Shown: positions 1-12,306, numbered from the stretch's first letter. The stretch is 64,000 nucleotides of DNA from an uncultured delta proteobacterium (GCA_963712895.1 CAVQJR010000011.1:4588-68587); one strand, 5' to 3'. The notes: a model not told the origin generated them from the sequence alone. Numbers and translations are program-made.

Positions 1-1
1 A

Positions 2-310
2 GAGTTCGCCGGGATTGTAAGGCGAAAATTCGGCTTCGAAACCAGGGTCCCCGCCATTGGAGACCGCATTACGCCGGAGGCCATAGAACCGGCGCCGACC
101 TACGCGGTGGCGGCCGAACCCGGATGGCGCGGCAACGTGGCAAAGCTCATCCAGAAAGCCGAAATCCTTAGAAGCATCCTGGAAGATGCCGCCCGTCCGG
201 CCCCTCCCCACCTGACCCGGCGACTCGAAGAGGAACTCGCCTCTGCCGAAGCGCACCTGGATGAGGCGCTGGTGAGCGTTCAGAAGTCCAGGGCCGTGCC
301 CGGGAGGTGA
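2..310 (+). CDS. 3' end of an unidentified protein; the ORF is open to the window edge
   Basis: Frame 2 has no stop from position 2 to the TGA at 308-310. The listed ORF 107..310 is its tail. No family recognised. Confidence 0.4.
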   Translation, partial: EFAGIVRRKFGFETRVPAIGDRITPEAIEPAPTYAVAAEPGWRGNVAKLIQKAEILRSILEDAARPAPPHLTRRLEEELASAEAHLDEALVSVQKSRAVPGR

Positions 311-325
311 TGCCGGCGGGTTTTG

Positions 326-450
326 TTTCACGCGAAGTCGCGAAAACGCGAAGAAAGGATGGGAAGGGGAAAGAGACAGGAAAGATATTGTTGTTATTCT
401 CTCTTTATCTTTTTCCTTTTTTTTCGCGACTTCGCGGCTTTGCGTGAAAC
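326..450. repeat. K-family palindromic repeat (CGCGAAG-heptad arms)
   Basis: GTTTCACGCGAAGTCGCGAAAACGCGAAGAAAGG (326-358) faces its imperfect reverse complement TTTTCGCGACTTCGCGGCTTTGCGTGAAAC (421-450). A purine-rich then pyrimidine-rich spacer lies between. Related arms occur at 14961-14990, 15566-15597, 23641-23673 and 23806-23838. Confidence 0.8.
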
Positions 451-486
451 CTCTCTTGCCAAAACCCCGCCGGTCCCCGCCTACTC

Positions 487-1536
487 CTACACCCCCAGCG
501 CCTTCCTGATTGCTTTGCCGAACGGCCTTCTAAGCACTCCCACCTCGGTGATGATCCCGGTAATATACTTATTGGGGGTCACATCGAAAGCGGGGTTTAT
601 GGCTATTACTCCGTCGGGGGCCACCTTCCTGCCGTTGAGGTGGGTGACTTCGACCGGGTCGCGATATTCGATGGGGATGCCGCTTCCGTCAGGCAGGGCG
701 ATGTCTATCGTCGAGCGCGGCGCCGCAACATAGAACGGGATGTCGTGGGTGCGCGCCAGGACGGCGACCATGTAGGTACCGATCTTGTTGGCGGTGTCGC
801 CGTTGGCGGCTATCCGGTCCGCTCCCACCACCACCACGTCTATCTTTCCCCGGCTCATCAGGCTTCCGACCGCGTTGTCCGTGATGAGGGTAACCGGAAT
901 TTCCGCCCGCAACAGCTCGAACGAGGTAAGTCTTGCTCCCTGGAGAAACGGCCTGGTCTCACACGAATACACATGCACCGAAGGGTCTTTTTCATGGGCC
1001 GCCCGGATCACCCCCACGGCCGTTCCGTAGTCCGCCGTGGCCAGGGCTCCCGCGTTGCAATAGGTAAGAATCCGCGCGCCCTTCGGCACTACTTCCCTGC
1101 CCCATGTTCCGATCTGGAGGTTGGTCTCCACATCCTCCGCCATGATGGCGTCGGCCTGGGTGCGGATCAGGTCCCGAAGTTCCGCAACGCTCGCCTTCGG
1201 ATTTTCGACCACCACCGAGTAAATACGCTCCACCGCCCAGCCCAGGTTCGCTCCCGTCGGGCGCGCCTCCTTGACCTTCTGGCAAAGCCGGAAAAACTTG
1301 CGCCGGAAATCCTCCACGCCGTCGCTTCTAATCGTTTTCGCCCCCAGCGCCAGGGCAAGCGCGCCCGCGACTCCCACCGCGGGCGCCCCCCGAATGGCCA
1401 TGGTCTTTATGGCTTTGATCACCTGCTCGGGGGTCGTGCACAGGATGGCTTTCTCCCGATGGGGTAAAATTCTCTGGTCCAGGATGGCGACGGCATCCCC
1501 TTCCCAGTAAATAGGCGGCATCCATTGCTCAATCAT
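487..1536 (-). CDS. mtnA: S-methyl-5-thioribose-1-phosphate isomerase (eIF-2B alpha/beta/delta family)
   Basis: Matches the MtnA family along the protein (VAILDQRILPH..., IRGAPAVGVAGA, TYCNAGALAT, VGADRIAANGDTANKIGTY). I take the internal ATG at 1534-1536 (MIEQWMPP) as the start. The upstream 57 codons of the listed ORF are Arg/Ser/Gly-rich and look spurious. Confidence 0.85.
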   Translation of the reverse strand: MIEQWMPPIYWEGDAVAILDQRILPHREKAILCTTPEQVIKAIKTMAIRGAPAVGVAGALALALGAKTIRSDGVEDFRRKFFRLCQKVKEARPTGANLGWAVERIYSVVVENPKASVAELRDLIRTQADAIMAEDVETNLQIGTWGREVVPKGARILTYCNAGALATADYGTAVGVIRAAHEKDPSVHVYSCETRPFLQGARLTSFELLRAEIPVTLITDNAVGSLMSRGKIDVVVVGADRIAANGDTANKIGTYMVAVLARTHDIPFYVAAPRSTIDIALPDGSGIPIEYRDPVEVTHLNGRKVAPDGVIAINPAFDVTPNKYITGIITEVGVLRRPFGKAIRKALGV

Positions 1537-1731
1537 GAAGGTGCTCCTGATCTGTTTCGAATCGCCGCTCGCCCGCACGCGGGCCGAGTCCGGCGGGAAA
1601 TGCCCGTTCGAAATCCGCGACTGATTTGTATTTCCGCCTGCCCGGCCGGGCAGGATAGACCCCGGTATACAAGCTAAATCGGCAACAGTGGCCCGGACCT
1701 GTATCAAATAATCGCAACGGGATCGTACCGG

Positions 1732-3162
1732 CTATCCCGCCAGTTTTTTTCTAAGGATTTCATTTACCAGTTGAGGGTTGGCCTTGCCTTTGGTGGCCCT
1801 CATCACCTGGCCCACGAAAAACCCGATAAGCTTTTCCTTCCCGGCCCGGTACTGCTCGACTTCCGCCGGATTGTCGGCCAAAACGCGCTCCACGGCGGAC
1901 TCGATCTCCGATTCGTCCCGGACCTGCACCAGGCCTTTTTCATCCACGATCTGCCTGGCCGATTTTCCGCCGGCATACATTTCCTCGAACACCGCCTTGG
2001 CTATTTTGCCGCTTATGACGCCGGAGTCCAGGAGGAGCAAAAGCTGTACCATGTTCTCCGGCGATACCGGGCAGTCCTCGATTTCCCGGTCGTCACGCTT
2101 CAGTTCGCGCAGGAGTTCGGACATAATCCAATTGCTGACCGTCTTGGGCTGGGCAAACTCGCCCACCACTTTTTCGAAGTAGTCGGCAAGGGCCCTGGAC
2201 GAGGTAAGCACCTCCGCGTCGTAGGCGGGAAGCCCGTATTGGGCCGCAAACCTCTCGCGCTTGGCGTCGGGGAGTTCGGGAAGGTTCTTCCTGACTTCTT
2301 CGACCCACGCCGGCTCGACTACTATGGGCACCAGGTCCGGATCGGGGAAATAGCGGTAGTCGTGGGCTTCCTCCTTGCCGCGCATGCTTATGGTAACGTT
2401 TCGGTTCGCGTCCCAGAGCCTTGTCTCCTGGATGACCGGCTCGCCGCGTTCAAGGAGCGCTTTTTGCCTTCGAATTTCGAATTCGAGCGCCTTCTGCACG
2501 TTTTTGAAAGAGTTCATGTTCTTGAGTTCGGCCTTTGTCCCCAGCCCCGTGGTGCCGGCCGGCCGAAGGGAGATATTGGCGTCGCACCTCATGCTCCCCT
2601 CTTCCATGTTGCCGTCGCAGATATCGATATAGCGAAGGATTTCACGAAGTTTACGCAAATATGCCGCGGCCTCCTCGGGAGACGCAAGATCGGGCTCGCT
2701 CACGATCTCGATCAGCGGAACGCCGGTGCGGTTAAAATCCACGCAGCTGATCGGCTGGTATTCGTCATGGACGAGCTTTCCGGCGTCCTCTTCCATGTGG
2801 ATTCGCAGCACGCGGATCATTTTTCGGCCGCCGTCGGTTTCTATTTCCACCGAACCGTTTTTGGCCAGCGGAAGTTCGTACTGGGAAATCTGGTATCCCT
2901 TCGGCAGATCGGGATAGAAATAATTTTTTCGGGCGAACTGGCTGAAAGGGGCAACCGAGCAGTCGGTCGCCAGCGCCATCCTGATGGTATATTCGACGAC
3001 TTCGCGGTTCAGGACCGGGAGCACGCCGGGCATGCCCAGGCAGACGGGACAGGTATGCGTGTTGGGGCTTCCCCCGAATCTGGTCGAGCAGCCGCAAAAT
3101 ATCTTGCTCCGGGTGAGAAGCTGCGCGTGGATTTCCAGTCCGATAACCGGTTCGTATTCCAT
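1732..3162 (-). CDS. gatB: Asp/Glu-tRNA(Asn/Gln) amidotransferase subunit B
   Basis: N-terminus [15 protein letters not shown]...CGC...[15 protein letters not shown] and the full-length architecture are typical GatB. Confidence 0.95.
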   Translation of the reverse strand: MEYEPVIGLEIHAQLLTRSKIFCGCSTRFGGSPNTHTCPVCLGMPGVLPVLNREVVEYTIRMALATDCSVAPFSQFARKNYFYPDLPKGYQISQYELPLAKNGSVEIETDGGRKMIRVLRIHMEEDAGKLVHDEYQPISCVDFNRTGVPLIEIVSEPDLASPEEAAAYLRKLREILRYIDICDGNMEEGSMRCDANISLRPAGTTGLGTKAELKNMNSFKNVQKALEFEIRRQKALLERGEPVIQETRLWDANRNVTISMRGKEEAHDYRYFPDPDLVPIVVEPAWVEEVRKNLPELPDAKRERFAAQYGLPAYDAEVLTSSRALADYFEKVVGEFAQPKTVSNWIMSELLRELKRDDREIEDCPVSPENMVQLLLLLDSGVISGKIAKAVFEEMYAGGKSARQIVDEKGLVQVRDESEIESAVERVLADNPAEVEQYRAGKEKLIGFFVGQVMRATKGKANPQLVNEILRKKLAG

Positions 3163-3334
3163 TTCCGATATTGTTCCTCTCGTGGAATTGGTTGGGCAAT
3201 CAGGAGTTCCGCGGTACAGAATCCCCCTTTAAAAAGGCGGAGGCCGGGAGCCTCAATGATAACACTTTGATTTATCATAGTTTCGCTACGTACCAAAACC
3301 GGATTTTTGGATTTGGGAATTTAGGGGTTTACCC

Positions 3335-3363
3335 TCGTGCCCACGCAGGGGCGTTGGGCACGA
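3335..3363. repeat. REP-like hairpin (GTGCCCA / TGGGCAC)
   Basis: TCGTGCCCA (3335-3343) pairs with TGGGCACGA (3355-3363). It uses the same GTGCCCAC/GTGGGCAC word as the M-family repeats. It lies in the gatB/sucC divergent intergenic region. Confidence 0.5.
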
Positions 3364-3581
3364 AGGAAAGAACGCTTTTTAAAGGCGTGGGGCACGCGGC
3401 CCCCATGGCCCCTCCACCCCTCAATTCCCCGGTCCCGGCGGCAAAACAACGTTTGACATTGTGAGAAGTTTCATTTAGGAATAGACAATTACACGCGTTC
3501 AAATACTTTAGACTAGGGCTCTCGTTGGTGAGACACTGATCTGCACATGATGGAGTTGTATCGGCGATTGCGAGGAGAAAA

Positions 3582-4748
3582 ATGAAGATACACGAGTTTC
3601 AAGCCAAAGAATTGTTTCAAAAGTATGGAGTCCCCACCCCTCGCGGGAAAGCGGCCTTCAGCGTCGACGAAGCAAAGAAGATCGCCGCCGAGCTGGGAAC
3701 CTTTCCGGTGGTGGTAAAGGCCCAGATTCACGCGGGCGGACGCGGAAAGGGCGGCGGGGTCAAGCTTGCCAAAAACGCGGCCGAAGTGGACCAATACGCA
3801 TCCAGTATACTGGGAATGACCCTGGTCACGCACCAGACCGGGCCTGAGGGCAGACTTGTAAAAAAACTCCTCGTCGAGGAGGGTCTGCCCATCGAAAAAG
3901 AACTCTACCTTAGCGTGCTCCCCGACCGGGCCACCGCAAAGATCGTCTTCATGGCCAGCGAGGCCGGCGGCATGGACATCGAAGAAGTGGCCGCCAAGAC
4001 CCCTGAAAAGATCATCAAGGTCTATATCGACCCGCTGCTCGGGATGAAGGGCTATCACGCAAACGAGCTGGCTTTCGGTCTGAACCTTTCCGGAGACCTG
4101 GTCAAGCAGTTCAACGCCATGGCCTTCAAGCTCTACAAAGTGTGCGTGGACTATGACTGCTCGCTCGTTGAGATCAATCCCCTGGTGCTTACCAGCGACG
4201 GCAAGGTGATCGCCCTGGACGCCAAGATCAATTTCGACGACAACGCCATGTACCGCCACAAGGACATCGCCGAGTACAGGGACCTGGACGAGGAAGACCC
4301 CTTCGAGATCGAAGCGTCCAAGTATGAGCTGAACTATATCAAGATGCCCGGCGGCAACATCGGCAACATGGTAAACGGCGCCGGCCTGGCCATGGCCACC
4401 ATGGACATCATCCAGCTTGCCGGAGCGGCCCCCGCGAACTTTCTGGACGTCGGCGGCGGCGCCAGCGCCGAGCAGGTGGAAAACGGGTTTCGCATCATCC
4501 TGGCGGACCCGGCCGTGAAGGGCGTGCTGATCAATATTTTCGGCGGCATCCTGCGCTGCGACAGGCTGGCCAACGGTGTCGTCGAAGCGGCAAAAAAAGT
4601 GGGCATCAAGGTCCCGGTGGTCATCCGGATGGAAGGCACCAATGTCGAGGAAGGGCGCCGAATCCTGGCCGAGTCCAAGCTCAATCTTATAACGGCAAAA
4701 GACGTTGCAGACGCCGCCCAAAAAATCGCGCAAATTGCAAAAGGATAG
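3582..4748 (+). CDS. sucC: Succinyl-CoA synthetase beta subunit
   Basis: [20 protein letters not shown]... ATP-grasp N-terminus and a full-length SucC-like sequence. GAGGAGAAAA sits before the ATG. Confidence 0.95.
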   Translation: MKIHEFQAKELFQKYGVPTPRGKAAFSVDEAKKIAAELGTFPVVVKAQIHAGGRGKGGGVKLAKNAAEVDQYASSILGMTLVTHQTGPEGRLVKKLLVEEGLPIEKELYLSVLPDRATAKIVFMASEAGGMDIEEVAAKTPEKIIKVYIDPLLGMKGYHANELAFGLNLSGDLVKQFNAMAFKLYKVCVDYDCSLVEINPLVLTSDGKVIALDAKINFDDNAMYRHKDIAEYRDLDEEDPFEIEASKYELNYIKMPGGNIGNMVNGAGLAMATMDIIQLAGAAPANFLDVGGGASAEQVENGFRIILADPAVKGVLINIFGGILRCDRLANGVVEAAKKVGIKVPVVIRMEGTNVEEGRRILAESKLNLITAKDVADAAQKIAQIAKG

Positions 4749-4760
4749 AAGGGGGAAATC

Positions 4761-5660
4761 ATGAGCATTTGGGTGGATAGAAATACGAGATTGATGGTTC
4801 AGGGTATCACGGGACGCGAGGGCCAGTTCCACACCCTGGCGTGTAAAGCATATGGGACCAATGTGGTGGCTGGCGTCACCCCCGGCAAGGGCGGCCAGAA
4901 CGTCGAGGGAATTCCGGTTTTCAACACCGTGGCAAAAGCGGTGAAGGAAACGGGAGCCAATGCGGCCATGGTCTTTGTTCCGCCTGCATTCTGCGGGGAC
5001 GCCATCCTGGAGGCCATCGACGCGGAAATCCCCCTGATCGTTACGATCACCGAGGGAATCCCCGTCATGGACATGATGAAGGCGAAAAACTACCTCAAGG
5101 CCAGCAAGAGCCGGCTGATCGGCCCCAACTGCCCGGGCATCATAACCCCCGGCCAGTGCAAGATCGGAATTCAGCCCGGCCACATCCATTCGGTCGGCCC
5201 GGTGGGTATCGTGTCGCGCTCCGGGACCCTCACTTATGAGGCGGTACACCAGATCCAAAAATTCGGCATCGGCCAGAGCACGGTCGTCGGCATCGGCGGA
5301 GACCCGGTAAACGGCACCAACTTCATCGACTGCCTGAGCGCATTCCAGGCCGACCCCGACACCAAGGCCATCATCATGGTGGGCGAGATCGGGGGATCAG
5401 CGGAAGAAGACGCCGCCGATTTCGTCAGAAAACACGTGACCAAGCCGGTGATTGGTTTCATCGCTGGCCTTACCGCTCCTCCGGGACGCCGCATGGGCCA
5501 TGCAGGTGCAATCATCAGCGGGTCCAGCGGGACCGCCCAGGGCAAGATCAAGGCAATGCGCGAAGCCGGAATAACGGTGGTTGAAAACCTCGGAGACATG
5601 GGCAAGATCGCACGCGAAGCTTTTGCCCAGGTCATCGGACAGGCCGCGGCGAAAAAATAG
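4761..5660 (+). CDS. sucD: Succinyl-CoA synthetase alpha subunit
   Basis: [21 protein letters not shown] and GHAGAII motifs. It starts 12 nt after sucC. Confidence 0.95.
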   Translation: MSIWVDRNTRLMVQGITGREGQFHTLACKAYGTNVVAGVTPGKGGQNVEGIPVFNTVAKAVKETGANAAMVFVPPAFCGDAILEAIDAEIPLIVTITEGIPVMDMMKAKNYLKASKSRLIGPNCPGIITPGQCKIGIQPGHIHSVGPVGIVSRSGTLTYEAVHQIQKFGIGQSTVVGIGGDPVNGTNFIDCLSAFQADPDTKAIIMVGEIGGSAEEDAADFVRKHVTKPVIGFIAGLTAPPGRRMGHAGAIISGSSGTAQGKIKAMREAGITVVENLGDMGKIAREAFAQVIGQAAAKK

Positions 5661-5723
5661 CGCGAAGCTGCAAGATCAGCCCCGCGCCTTAAAGGCGCAA
5701 ATCCCTAGTGCGAGAGCCTTCCA

Positions 5724-5756
5724 GGGGAAGCGGCAAAATCCGCTTCCCCTTTTTTA
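5724..5756 (+). terminator. Rho-independent terminator of sucCD
   Basis: GGGGAAGCGG (5724-5733), loop CAAAAT, CCGCTTCCCC (5740-5749), then TTTTTT. Confidence 0.8.
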
Positions 5757-5886
5757 TCATCATCCCGCAACCGGGTCTCGATGGAGGCGAGCCGCCTTTC
5801 CGCTTCGAGACCCCGATGCGATGCTTCCCGCAAACAGCGCCCGGCTGCACCCTTGCAGCCTCGATCCCGGCGAAATCCGGGCCCAC

Positions 5887-6585
5887 TTACCGGGCGTAGA
5901 GCTTCAGGATATTTTTCAGGTCTTCCGCCACAGGCGGCGGAGGGGGCGTAGCGCCCTTGAAAATGTCGGCCGGAAGCACCCCCGGCTTATTGTAGAAGGC
6001 GGCGTTGGCGTCATAATCGACGTACAAGGCCGCCCCCTCCAGGGAAATGCCTGCAAACAGGCCCCTGCTTTTCGAATAGGAGAGGATTTCGGCCCGCAGA
6101 TTCAGGTCCGTTCCCGCCTCGGCGGATCTGCCGACGGGACCCGCCGCCACCGAGGCATCGACTCCCAGGGTGAATTTCCCGCCGGATATATAATCCAGGC
6201 TGCGACGGCTGTTGAACACCAGGATAACGTCACTTGACTGGGCACCCGCCTGGAGGCCGAAGCTGCCGCCCGCCAGCTTGAAAAATACCGGGTTGCTCCA
6301 GCCCCGGTCCTGGGTACGCACCACCATAATTCCCGAGCCGTAGCGGACGCCGCCGATAAAGCCCGCCTTCAGAAGATCGGGGAAAATGGCGATGCCGTAG
6401 GCGCCATCGAGAAGGCTCGGAGGAATCGATTGCTCCGGTATTGCCATTATTTCCTTCATTACCGCGATCGACGAAAGGACCTTGGCCTCTTCATTGGCGC
6501 CGGCGCGCAAAGATGCGGGCATCACGAAAACAAAACCCGCCAGCAGGATAGAAATTACGGCAACAGTCCTGTACGGCATAAACAC
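5887..6585 (-). CDS. SYLF (Ysc84/DUF500) lipid-binding domain protein with N-terminal signal/TM segment
   Basis: Hydrophobic N-terminus, then AYGIAIFPDLLKAGFIGGVRYGSG...GGSFGLQAGAQ...TLGVDASVAAGPVGR, typical of the SYLF family. Confidence 0.8.
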   Translation of the reverse strand: MFMPYRTVAVISILLAGFVFVMPASLRAGANEEAKVLSSIAVMKEIMAIPEQSIPPSLLDGAYGIAIFPDLLKAGFIGGVRYGSGIMVVRTQDRGWSNPVFFKLAGGSFGLQAGAQSSDVILVFNSRRSLDYISGGKFTLGVDASVAAGPVGRSAEAGTDLNLRAEILSYSKSRGLFAGISLEGAALYVDYDANAAFYNKPGVLPADIFKGATPPPPPVAEDLKNILKLYAR

Positions 6586-6749
6586 CCCTCCCTATGTACT
6601 GGCTCATTTTGCTGATCGGACCTCGATGGTTTACTCGATAAAGCATGGCTACTATCGCATGGACGGGGAGTACCTTGTCAAAGGAAAAAGGGAGAAGACG
6701 ATATTGCCCGTTGCCGGTTGAAGGCGGAAGCGGCACGGCACGCACGCCA

Positions 6750-8141
6750 TCAGCGCGAAACCGACGCTGCGCTTTCGTGCACGGCCTCGGAGAGCGTGGG
6801 GTGGGCATGAATGGTGTTGCGCAAATCCTGCGCCCTGAGATGGAGGCGCATGGCCAAAACACCTTCGGCGATCAGCTCCGATGCTCGCGCTCCGACGATA
6901 TGGACGCCGAGCACCCTGCCGGACCGGGCATGCGCCAGAATTTTTACGAAGCCCTCCGTTTCCCCGAGGCACCGCGCGCGCCCGGTCCCCACAAACGGAT
7001 AAGTACCCGCCCGGTACGCTACGCCCAGCTTCTTAAGCTCCTCTTCCGTCTTGCCCACACTTGCCACCTCCGGCCGCGTGTAGATGACGGCGGGGATGGC
7101 GTCGTAGTCAACCTCGCCCGGCAGGCCGGTCATGCCTTCCACGGCGGCGATCCCTTCGGCGGTTGCCTTGTGGGCAAGCATGGGACCGGGGATAAGGTCC
7201 CCGATGGCATAGATCCCGTCGGCGGTTGTGCGATACTTTTCATCCACTGTCACAAACCCCCTGGCATCGAGCTTCACCCCGAGTTGATCGAGGCCCAGGC
7301 CGCGGGTCAGCGGTTTTCTTCCCACCGAGACCAGTACCCTGTCAAACGAGACCCGCTCCTGCCCGCCGCCCGCATCGAGGGTAAGCGTCACTTCTTTTTC
7401 GCCCGCATCCGAGCCCGCCACCCTCGTGTTCAACCTGATATCGAATCCCTGCTTTCTTAGCAGGCGGTCCAGCAGCCTTCCCGCCTGGCCGTCGAGCGCC
7501 CCCGCAATCGAGGGCAGCATCTCGATAACGGTGACCTTCGACCCTAGCCGCGCCCACACCGACCCCAGCTCGAGGCCTATGTATCCTCCTCCGACGATCC
7601 CCAGGCGCTCCGGCACTTCACCCAGGGCCAGGGCTTCGGTCGAACCGATAACCTTTTTGCCGTCGAAGGGAAGAAACGGCAGCTCCACCGGCTCGCTTCC
7701 GGTTGCCAGGAGCACCGCCTTGGGGGCGAAACCCTCGACTTTGCCGTCCGCTCCCGCAACTTCCACTTTTCTATCCGCCAGCAGCCTGGCCGTGCCCGTT
7801 ACCAGCGGCACTTTGGCATCATGGAGGAGCTTGCGGACGTTTTCCACCAGGCCGGAAACGATCTTTTTTTTCCGCTCCATTATGGCGGAAAGATCGACTG
7901 AGATTTCAGCGGCGTGGATGCCGTGCTCCCCCAGCCGGTTCCTGGCAAAACTCAGGTACTCGGTAGACTCCAGGAGCGCCTTGCTTGGAATACAGCCCAC
8001 GCGCAGGCACACCCCTCCCGGGTCGTGCTCCTTTTCCACGCAAACCGGCTTCATCCCCAGTTCGGCGGCCCTGAGGGCGGCGGCATACCCGCCCGGACCG
8101 GCGCCTATCACCACCAGATCGACTTGCCTTGAAGCCGGCAT
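6750..8141 (-). CDS. lpdA: Dihydrolipoyl dehydrogenase (E3)
   Basis: GAGPGGY FAD motif, redox-active CLRVGC disulfide, and C-terminal HAHPTLSE. The start abuts the sucB stop. Confidence 0.95.
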   Translation of the reverse strand: MPASRQVDLVVIGAGPGGYAAALRAAELGMKPVCVEKEHDPGGVCLRVGCIPSKALLESTEYLSFARNRLGEHGIHAAEISVDLSAIMERKKKIVSGLVENVRKLLHDAKVPLVTGTARLLADRKVEVAGADGKVEGFAPKAVLLATGSEPVELPFLPFDGKKVIGSTEALALGEVPERLGIVGGGYIGLELGSVWARLGSKVTVIEMLPSIAGALDGQAGRLLDRLLRKQGFDIRLNTRVAGSDAGEKEVTLTLDAGGGQERVSFDRVLVSVGRKPLTRGLGLDQLGVKLDARGFVTVDEKYRTTADGIYAIGDLIPGPMLAHKATAEGIAAVEGMTGLPGEVDYDAIPAVIYTRPEVASVGKTEEELKKLGVAYRAGTYPFVGTGRARCLGETEGFVKILAHARSGRVLGVHIVGARASELIAEGVLAMRLHLRAQDLRNTIHAHPTLSEAVHESAASVSR

Positions 8142-9524
8142 CTAAAGCTCCATCAACATGCGTTCGGGGTTTTCCACGTTGTCTTTTATCGTCTTCAGAA
8201 ACGTCACGGCCTCCCGGCCGTCTATTACCCGGTGGTCGTAGCTGAGGGCCACGTACATCATCGGGCGGACCACCACCTGGCCGCCCAGCGCCACCGGGCG
8301 GTCCTCTATCTTGTGCATGCCCAGGATGGCACTCTGGGGCGGGTTGAGGATGGGGGTGCTCAGAAGCGATCCGTAGATGCCCCCGTTGGTGATGGTGAAG
8401 GTACCCCCTTCCAGGTCCGAAAGCCCGAGACGGTTTTGGGAAATCTTGTCCACGAACTCCACGATCGATCTCTCCAGGCCGGCGAACCCGAGTCCGTCCG
8501 CATCGCGGATGACGGGCACCACCAGCCCGCGCTCCGCACCGATGGCGACGCCGATATTATAGTAGCCGTGGTAGACGATCTCGTTGCCTTCAAGGAATGC
8601 GTTGACCTCGGGAATATCCTTGAGGGCGGCGACACTCGCCTTTATGAAAAAGGACATCATCCCGAGCCGCACGCCATACTTTTGCCGGAAACCATCCCCG
8701 TACTGCTTTCGAAGCGCCTGCACGCGGCTCATGTCGATTTCGTTGAAGGTGGTGAGCATGGCGGTGTTTCGCTTCGACTCCAGGAGCCTTTCCGCGATGC
8801 GCTGCCGGATGGGGGACAACGCCTTTCGAAGCGTCTTCCCGGCGGCGGGAGCGGGAGTGGGACGGCGGGGGGCCGCCGATTTTGGCGCAGCCGGCGCGGC
8901 CGGCCGGCCGGCGGCCGTTCCGACCGGTTCGTGCCGGGGTATCGAAGCGCCGGGCTCGGAGACACCGCCTCCCTGTTCCAGGAAGAGCAGTACGTCGCCT
9001 TCGGTTATCCTGCCTCCCGGTCCGGTCGGGGTCAGCGCCGAAAGATCGACGCCCTTTTCTTCGGCCAGGGACGAAACGGAAGCGGAAGCCAGCGGCTTTT
9101 CGGCAGCGGGCGGTTTTGGGGGAGGTTCGGGTTCGGGCACCGCCGCTTTGGGCGCCGGCGGCCGCTCCACCGGTTTTTCCTCCACCGGGGCCGCCGTTTC
9201 AGCCCGCCCGGCACCGGGCGCGGGTGTTTCGACGGCTTCCCGTGGCTCCCGGGCCGGCGGCTCCGGCCTTTTTTCCCCTTTTTCGGCCGCCGCCGTCTCG
9301 ATTGTGGCGACCACCGTTCCCACCGAGATGGTTTTGCCTTCCTCCACCAGGATCTTCAAGACCCCGGCGGCGGGAGCGCTCACCTCCAGTGTGACCTTGT
9401 CGGTTTCGATGACGAACAGGATATCGTCCCTGGCCACCGTCTCACCGTCTTTTCTCATCCACTGCGCCAGCAGCGCCTCCTGCACGGATTCGCCGACTTC
9501 GGGCACCTTCACTTCGACCTTCAT
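8142..9524 (-). CDS. sucB: Dihydrolipoamide succinyltransferase (E2 of 2-oxoglutarate dehydrogenase)
   Basis: Lipoyl domain with [10 protein letters not shown], a Pro/Ala-rich linker, and the catalytic [10 protein letters not shown] take the start at ATG 9522-9524 (MKVEVKVPE). The listed 76-codon N-terminal extension overlaps the sucA 3' end and looks spurious. Confidence 0.9.
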   Translation of the reverse strand: MKVEVKVPEVGESVQEALLAQWMRKDGETVARDDILFVIETDKVTLEVSAPAAGVLKILVEEGKTISVGTVVATIETAAAEKGEKRPEPPAREPREAVETPAPGAGRAETAAPVEEKPVERPPAPKAAVPEPEPPPKPPAAEKPLASASVSSLAEEKGVDLSALTPTGPGGRITEGDVLLFLEQGGGVSEPGASIPRHEPVGTAAGRPAAPAAPKSAAPRRPTPAPAAGKTLRKALSPIRQRIAERLLESKRNTAMLTTFNEIDMSRVQALRKQYGDGFRQKYGVRLGMMSFFIKASVAALKDIPEVNAFLEGNEIVYHGYYNIGVAIGAERGLVVPVIRDADGLGFAGLERSIVEFVDKISQNRLGLSDLEGGTFTITNGGIYGSLLSTPILNPPQSAILGMHKIEDRPVALGGQVVVRPMMYVALSYDHRVIDGREAVTFLKTIKDNVENPERMLMEL

Positions 9525-9546
9525 GATCTCTCCTGCCAAGTGCCTC

Positions 9547-12306
9547 TCATTCAACATCCACCCCTTCCAACTCCGGCCGGCGATGCCCTCGCTCCCCGGC
9601 GCCCGGAAACGCCATTTCCAGGAACCTGTCCTGCTCGTGCTTGTGCGAGGCAAGGTAGCCCGAAGCAGGGCTTGCGGCCACGGCCCTGCCGATATATCCC
9701 GGCTCGGAGCCCAGGATCGTTTTGAGCCTGGGGCGCATGAATTCCCACGCACCCATGTTTTCGGGCTCTTCCTGGACCCAGAAAAATTTCCCGGCCTGCG
9801 AATACCTCGAAACCGCCTCCCGAAGTTGCTCTTCGGGGGTCGGGTAGAACTGCTCGACGCGGATTATCCCGGTCCCGGTGTCACCGGATTCCAGGCGCTT
9901 CTTTACGAGGTCGTAGTACACCTTGCCGCTGCAAAAAAAGACCCTTCCCGCATTCTCGAAACCGGTATCTTCGGTGAGGACCTCGTTAAAACGGCCCGCG
10001 GCCAATTCCTGGAGATTGGACACGGCGGCGGGGTCTCTCAGCAGGCTCTTGGGTGTGAGCACGATCAAAGGTTTTCGGAAATTTCTCTTCATCTGCCGTC
10101 GTAACAGGTGAAAATACTGCGCGGGGGTGCTCGGATAGCAGACCTGCATGTTTTCCTGCGCGCACAGTTGCAGAAACCTTTCCATGCGGGCGCTGGAATG
10201 TTCCGGCCCCTGGCCTTCGAACCCGTGGGGCAGGAGCACGGTGAGCCCGCTGTGTCTTTGCCATTTGAACTCGGCGCTGGATATGAACTGGTCGAAAACG
10301 GACTGGGCGTTGTTTGCGAAATCCCCGAACTGGGCCTCCCACATCACCAGGGTGCGGGGGCTCACGAGCGAATAGCCGTATTCGAATCCCAGGACCGCGT
10401 TTTCCGAGAGCATGCTGTCATGGACGTGGAAAGGGGCCTGGTTCGGCGCCAGGTGATTGAGCGGGCAGTGGCGCGCCTCGGTTTCCATGTCGGAAAGGAC
10501 GCTGTGCCTCTGGCTGAAGGTGCCCCTGCTGCTGTCCTGGCCGCTGAGGCGCACCGGGGTCCCCTCGACCAGCAGCGTTGCAAACGCCAGGGCCTCGCCG
10601 GTTGCCCAGTCTATCCCTTCGCCCTTTTCCACGCTTTCCACCCGCCTGTCGAGAATGCGCGCGAGCCGCCGGTGAGTTTTAAAGCCCTCCGGGAATACAT
10701 TGAGCCCGCGGGCAAGGTCGCGCAGCGCCGCGGCGTCCACTCCCGTGGCGACCGGCTCCCAGGACCAGCCGCCGTCAAGACCTTCCCAAACCTCGAAAAA
10801 GCGCTCCGCGGGCATCGTGCACGTCTTTTCGTGGGCGGCCGTATAGGCGAGTTCCATGCACTTGTTTATGCCGTCAACGATGCGCTCGGTTTCGCCCTCG
10901 CCCGTTACGCCCGACTGCTGAAGAGTCTGCGAGTAGATCCGGTACAGGGGCGGGCGGTCCTTGATGCGCTGGTACATTTTAGGCTGGGTATAATAGGGCT
11001 CGTCACCCTCGTTGTGCCCGTAGCGACGGTAGCACACAACGTCCACCACCACGTCCTTGCCGAACTGCATCCGATAGTCGAGCGCCAGCTTTATAATGTG
11101 GACCGCGGTTTCGGGGTCTTCACCGTGGACGTGGAAAATCGGGACCATCAGCATCTTTGCCACATCCGTCGCGTACCGGGTGGACCGGGCGTGTTCGGGA
11201 AGCGTGGTGAACCCGATCTGGTTGTTTATTATGATGTGCAGCGTCCCGCCCGTGCCGTATCCTTCGAGCTGCGAAAGGTTGAGCGTTTCGGCAACGACTC
11301 CCTGGCCGGCGAAGGCGGCGTCCCCGTGGATCAGAAGCGGCAGCACCAGCCCGCGGCCGCTTTCGCCCAACCGTTCCTGCCGCGCATACGCGATCCCTTC
11401 CAGCACGGGGTCCACGGCTTCGAGGTGGCTGGGATTGTTGGCAAGAAACAGGCGGATCTTTTTCCCCTCTCCCTCCAGGTCGCCCATGTAGCCCCGGTGG
11501 TACTTTACATCCCCGGCCCCATAGATCGACTGCGGGTCGTAGTGCTCCTCGAATTCACAAAAAATCCATTCGTAGAGCTTGTTCATTATGTTTACCTGGA
11601 TATTGAGACGCCCCCGGTGGGCCGTTCCAATCTCGATCTCGCCAAACCCGGCGCGGCCGGCATGCCGCACCAGCGCGTCCATCATGGGAATGATTACGTC
11701 CGCACCTTCCAGTGAAAACCGTTTCTGGCCAATGTAGCGAATGTGCAGGAACTGCTCGAACATGTTCGCCTGGCAGAGCTTGTTTAAAATCAGCACCCTT
11801 TCGTCATTGCTCAGGCCGGGGCGGTTGCGCTCCGGCTCGATCCTTTCCTGGAGCCACGCCCGCTCGTGCGGGTCCTGGAGGTGCATGTACTCGATACCCA
11901 CCGAACGGCAGTAGGTCCGGCGCAGCGCGGACAGGATGTCCCGAAGCGTGGCGTCTTCGCTAAACAGGGTGGGTGGGGTGAAGAAACGCCGGTCGAGATC
12001 GTCATCGGAGAGGCCGAAAGCGGAAAGTTCCAGCAGTTCGTGATTATTGACGCACCTTTCCAGCGGGTCGAGACAGGCCAGCAGGTGCCCCAAGTCGCGG
12101 TAACGATAGATGAGTTCCTGGACGCCGCACTGCTTTAGCAGCTCGCCCCTTTCGCAAAAACCGGCGCCGACACGCTCGGGAGATGCCGCCAGCTCGAAGC
12201 CTTCGAAAAAAATCTGCCAGTCGCGCCCGACGCTCAGCGGGTCGGACATCCACTTCCGGTACTGCTCGTCCATGAATTCGGCGTTCAAACCCAAAGCTAG
12301 ATTCAT
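9547..12306 (-). CDS. sucA: 2-oxoglutarate dehydrogenase E1 component
   Basis: 919 aa. N-terminus [28 protein letters not shown] and the ThDP-enzyme body are typical SucA. Confidence 0.95.
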   Translation of the reverse strand: MNLALGLNAEFMDEQYRKWMSDPLSVGRDWQIFFEGFELAASPERVGAGFCERGELLKQCGVQELIYRYRDLGHLLACLDPLERCVNNHELLELSAFGLSDDDLDRRFFTPPTLFSEDATLRDILSALRRTYCRSVGIEYMHLQDPHERAWLQERIEPERNRPGLSNDERVLILNKLCQANMFEQFLHIRYIGQKRFSLEGADVIIPMMDALVRHAGRAGFGEIEIGTAHRGRLNIQVNIMNKLYEWIFCEFEEHYDPQSIYGAGDVKYHRGYMGDLEGEGKKIRLFLANNPSHLEAVDPVLEGIAYARQERLGESGRGLVLPLLIHGDAAFAGQGVVAETLNLSQLEGYGTGGTLHIIINNQIGFTTLPEHARSTRYATDVAKMLMVPIFHVHGEDPETAVHIIKLALDYRMQFGKDVVVDVVCYRRYGHNEGDEPYYTQPKMYQRIKDRPPLYRIYSQTLQQSGVTGEGETERIVDGINKCMELAYTAAHEKTCTMPAERFFEVWEGLDGGWSWEPVATGVDAAALRDLARGLNVFPEGFKTHRRLARILDRRVESVEKGEGIDWATGEALAFATLLVEGTPVRLSGQDSSRGTFSQRHSVLSDMETEARHCPLNHLAPNQAPFHVHDSMLSENAVLGFEYGYSLVSPRTLVMWEAQFGDFANNAQSVFDQFISSAEFKWQRHSGLTVLLPHGFEGQGPEHSSARMERFLQLCAQENMQVCYPSTPAQYFHLLRRQMKRNFRKPLIVLTPKSLLRDPAAVSNLQELAAGRFNEVLTEDTGFENAGRVFFCSGKVYYDLVKKRLESGDTGTGIIRVEQFYPTPEEQLREAVSRYSQAGKFFWVQEEPENMGAWEFMRPRLKTILGSEPGYIGRAVAASPASGYLASHKHEQDRFLEMAFPGAGERGHRRPELEGVDVE

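Noticed and set aside
1771-3270. 499-aa plus-strand ORF opposite gatB
   Set aside because: It is an antisense shadow of a strongly recognisable gene, and no motifs are present.
3513-5258. 581-aa minus-strand ORF spanning sucC and sucD
   Set aside because: It is antisense to two unmistakable genes. Its composition is Gly/Asp/His/Val/Leu-rich and low-complexity, typical of shadow frames in high-GC DNA.
8232-10104. Plus-strand ORFs 8232..9725 and 8584..10104 (about 500 aa each) opposite sucB/sucA
   Set aside because: They are mutually overlapping, Arg/Gly/Pro/Ser-rich, and antisense to the E2 and E1 genes.
10108-11715. 535-aa plus-strand ORF opposite sucA
   Set aside because: It is an antisense shadow, and the sucA assignment is unambiguous.
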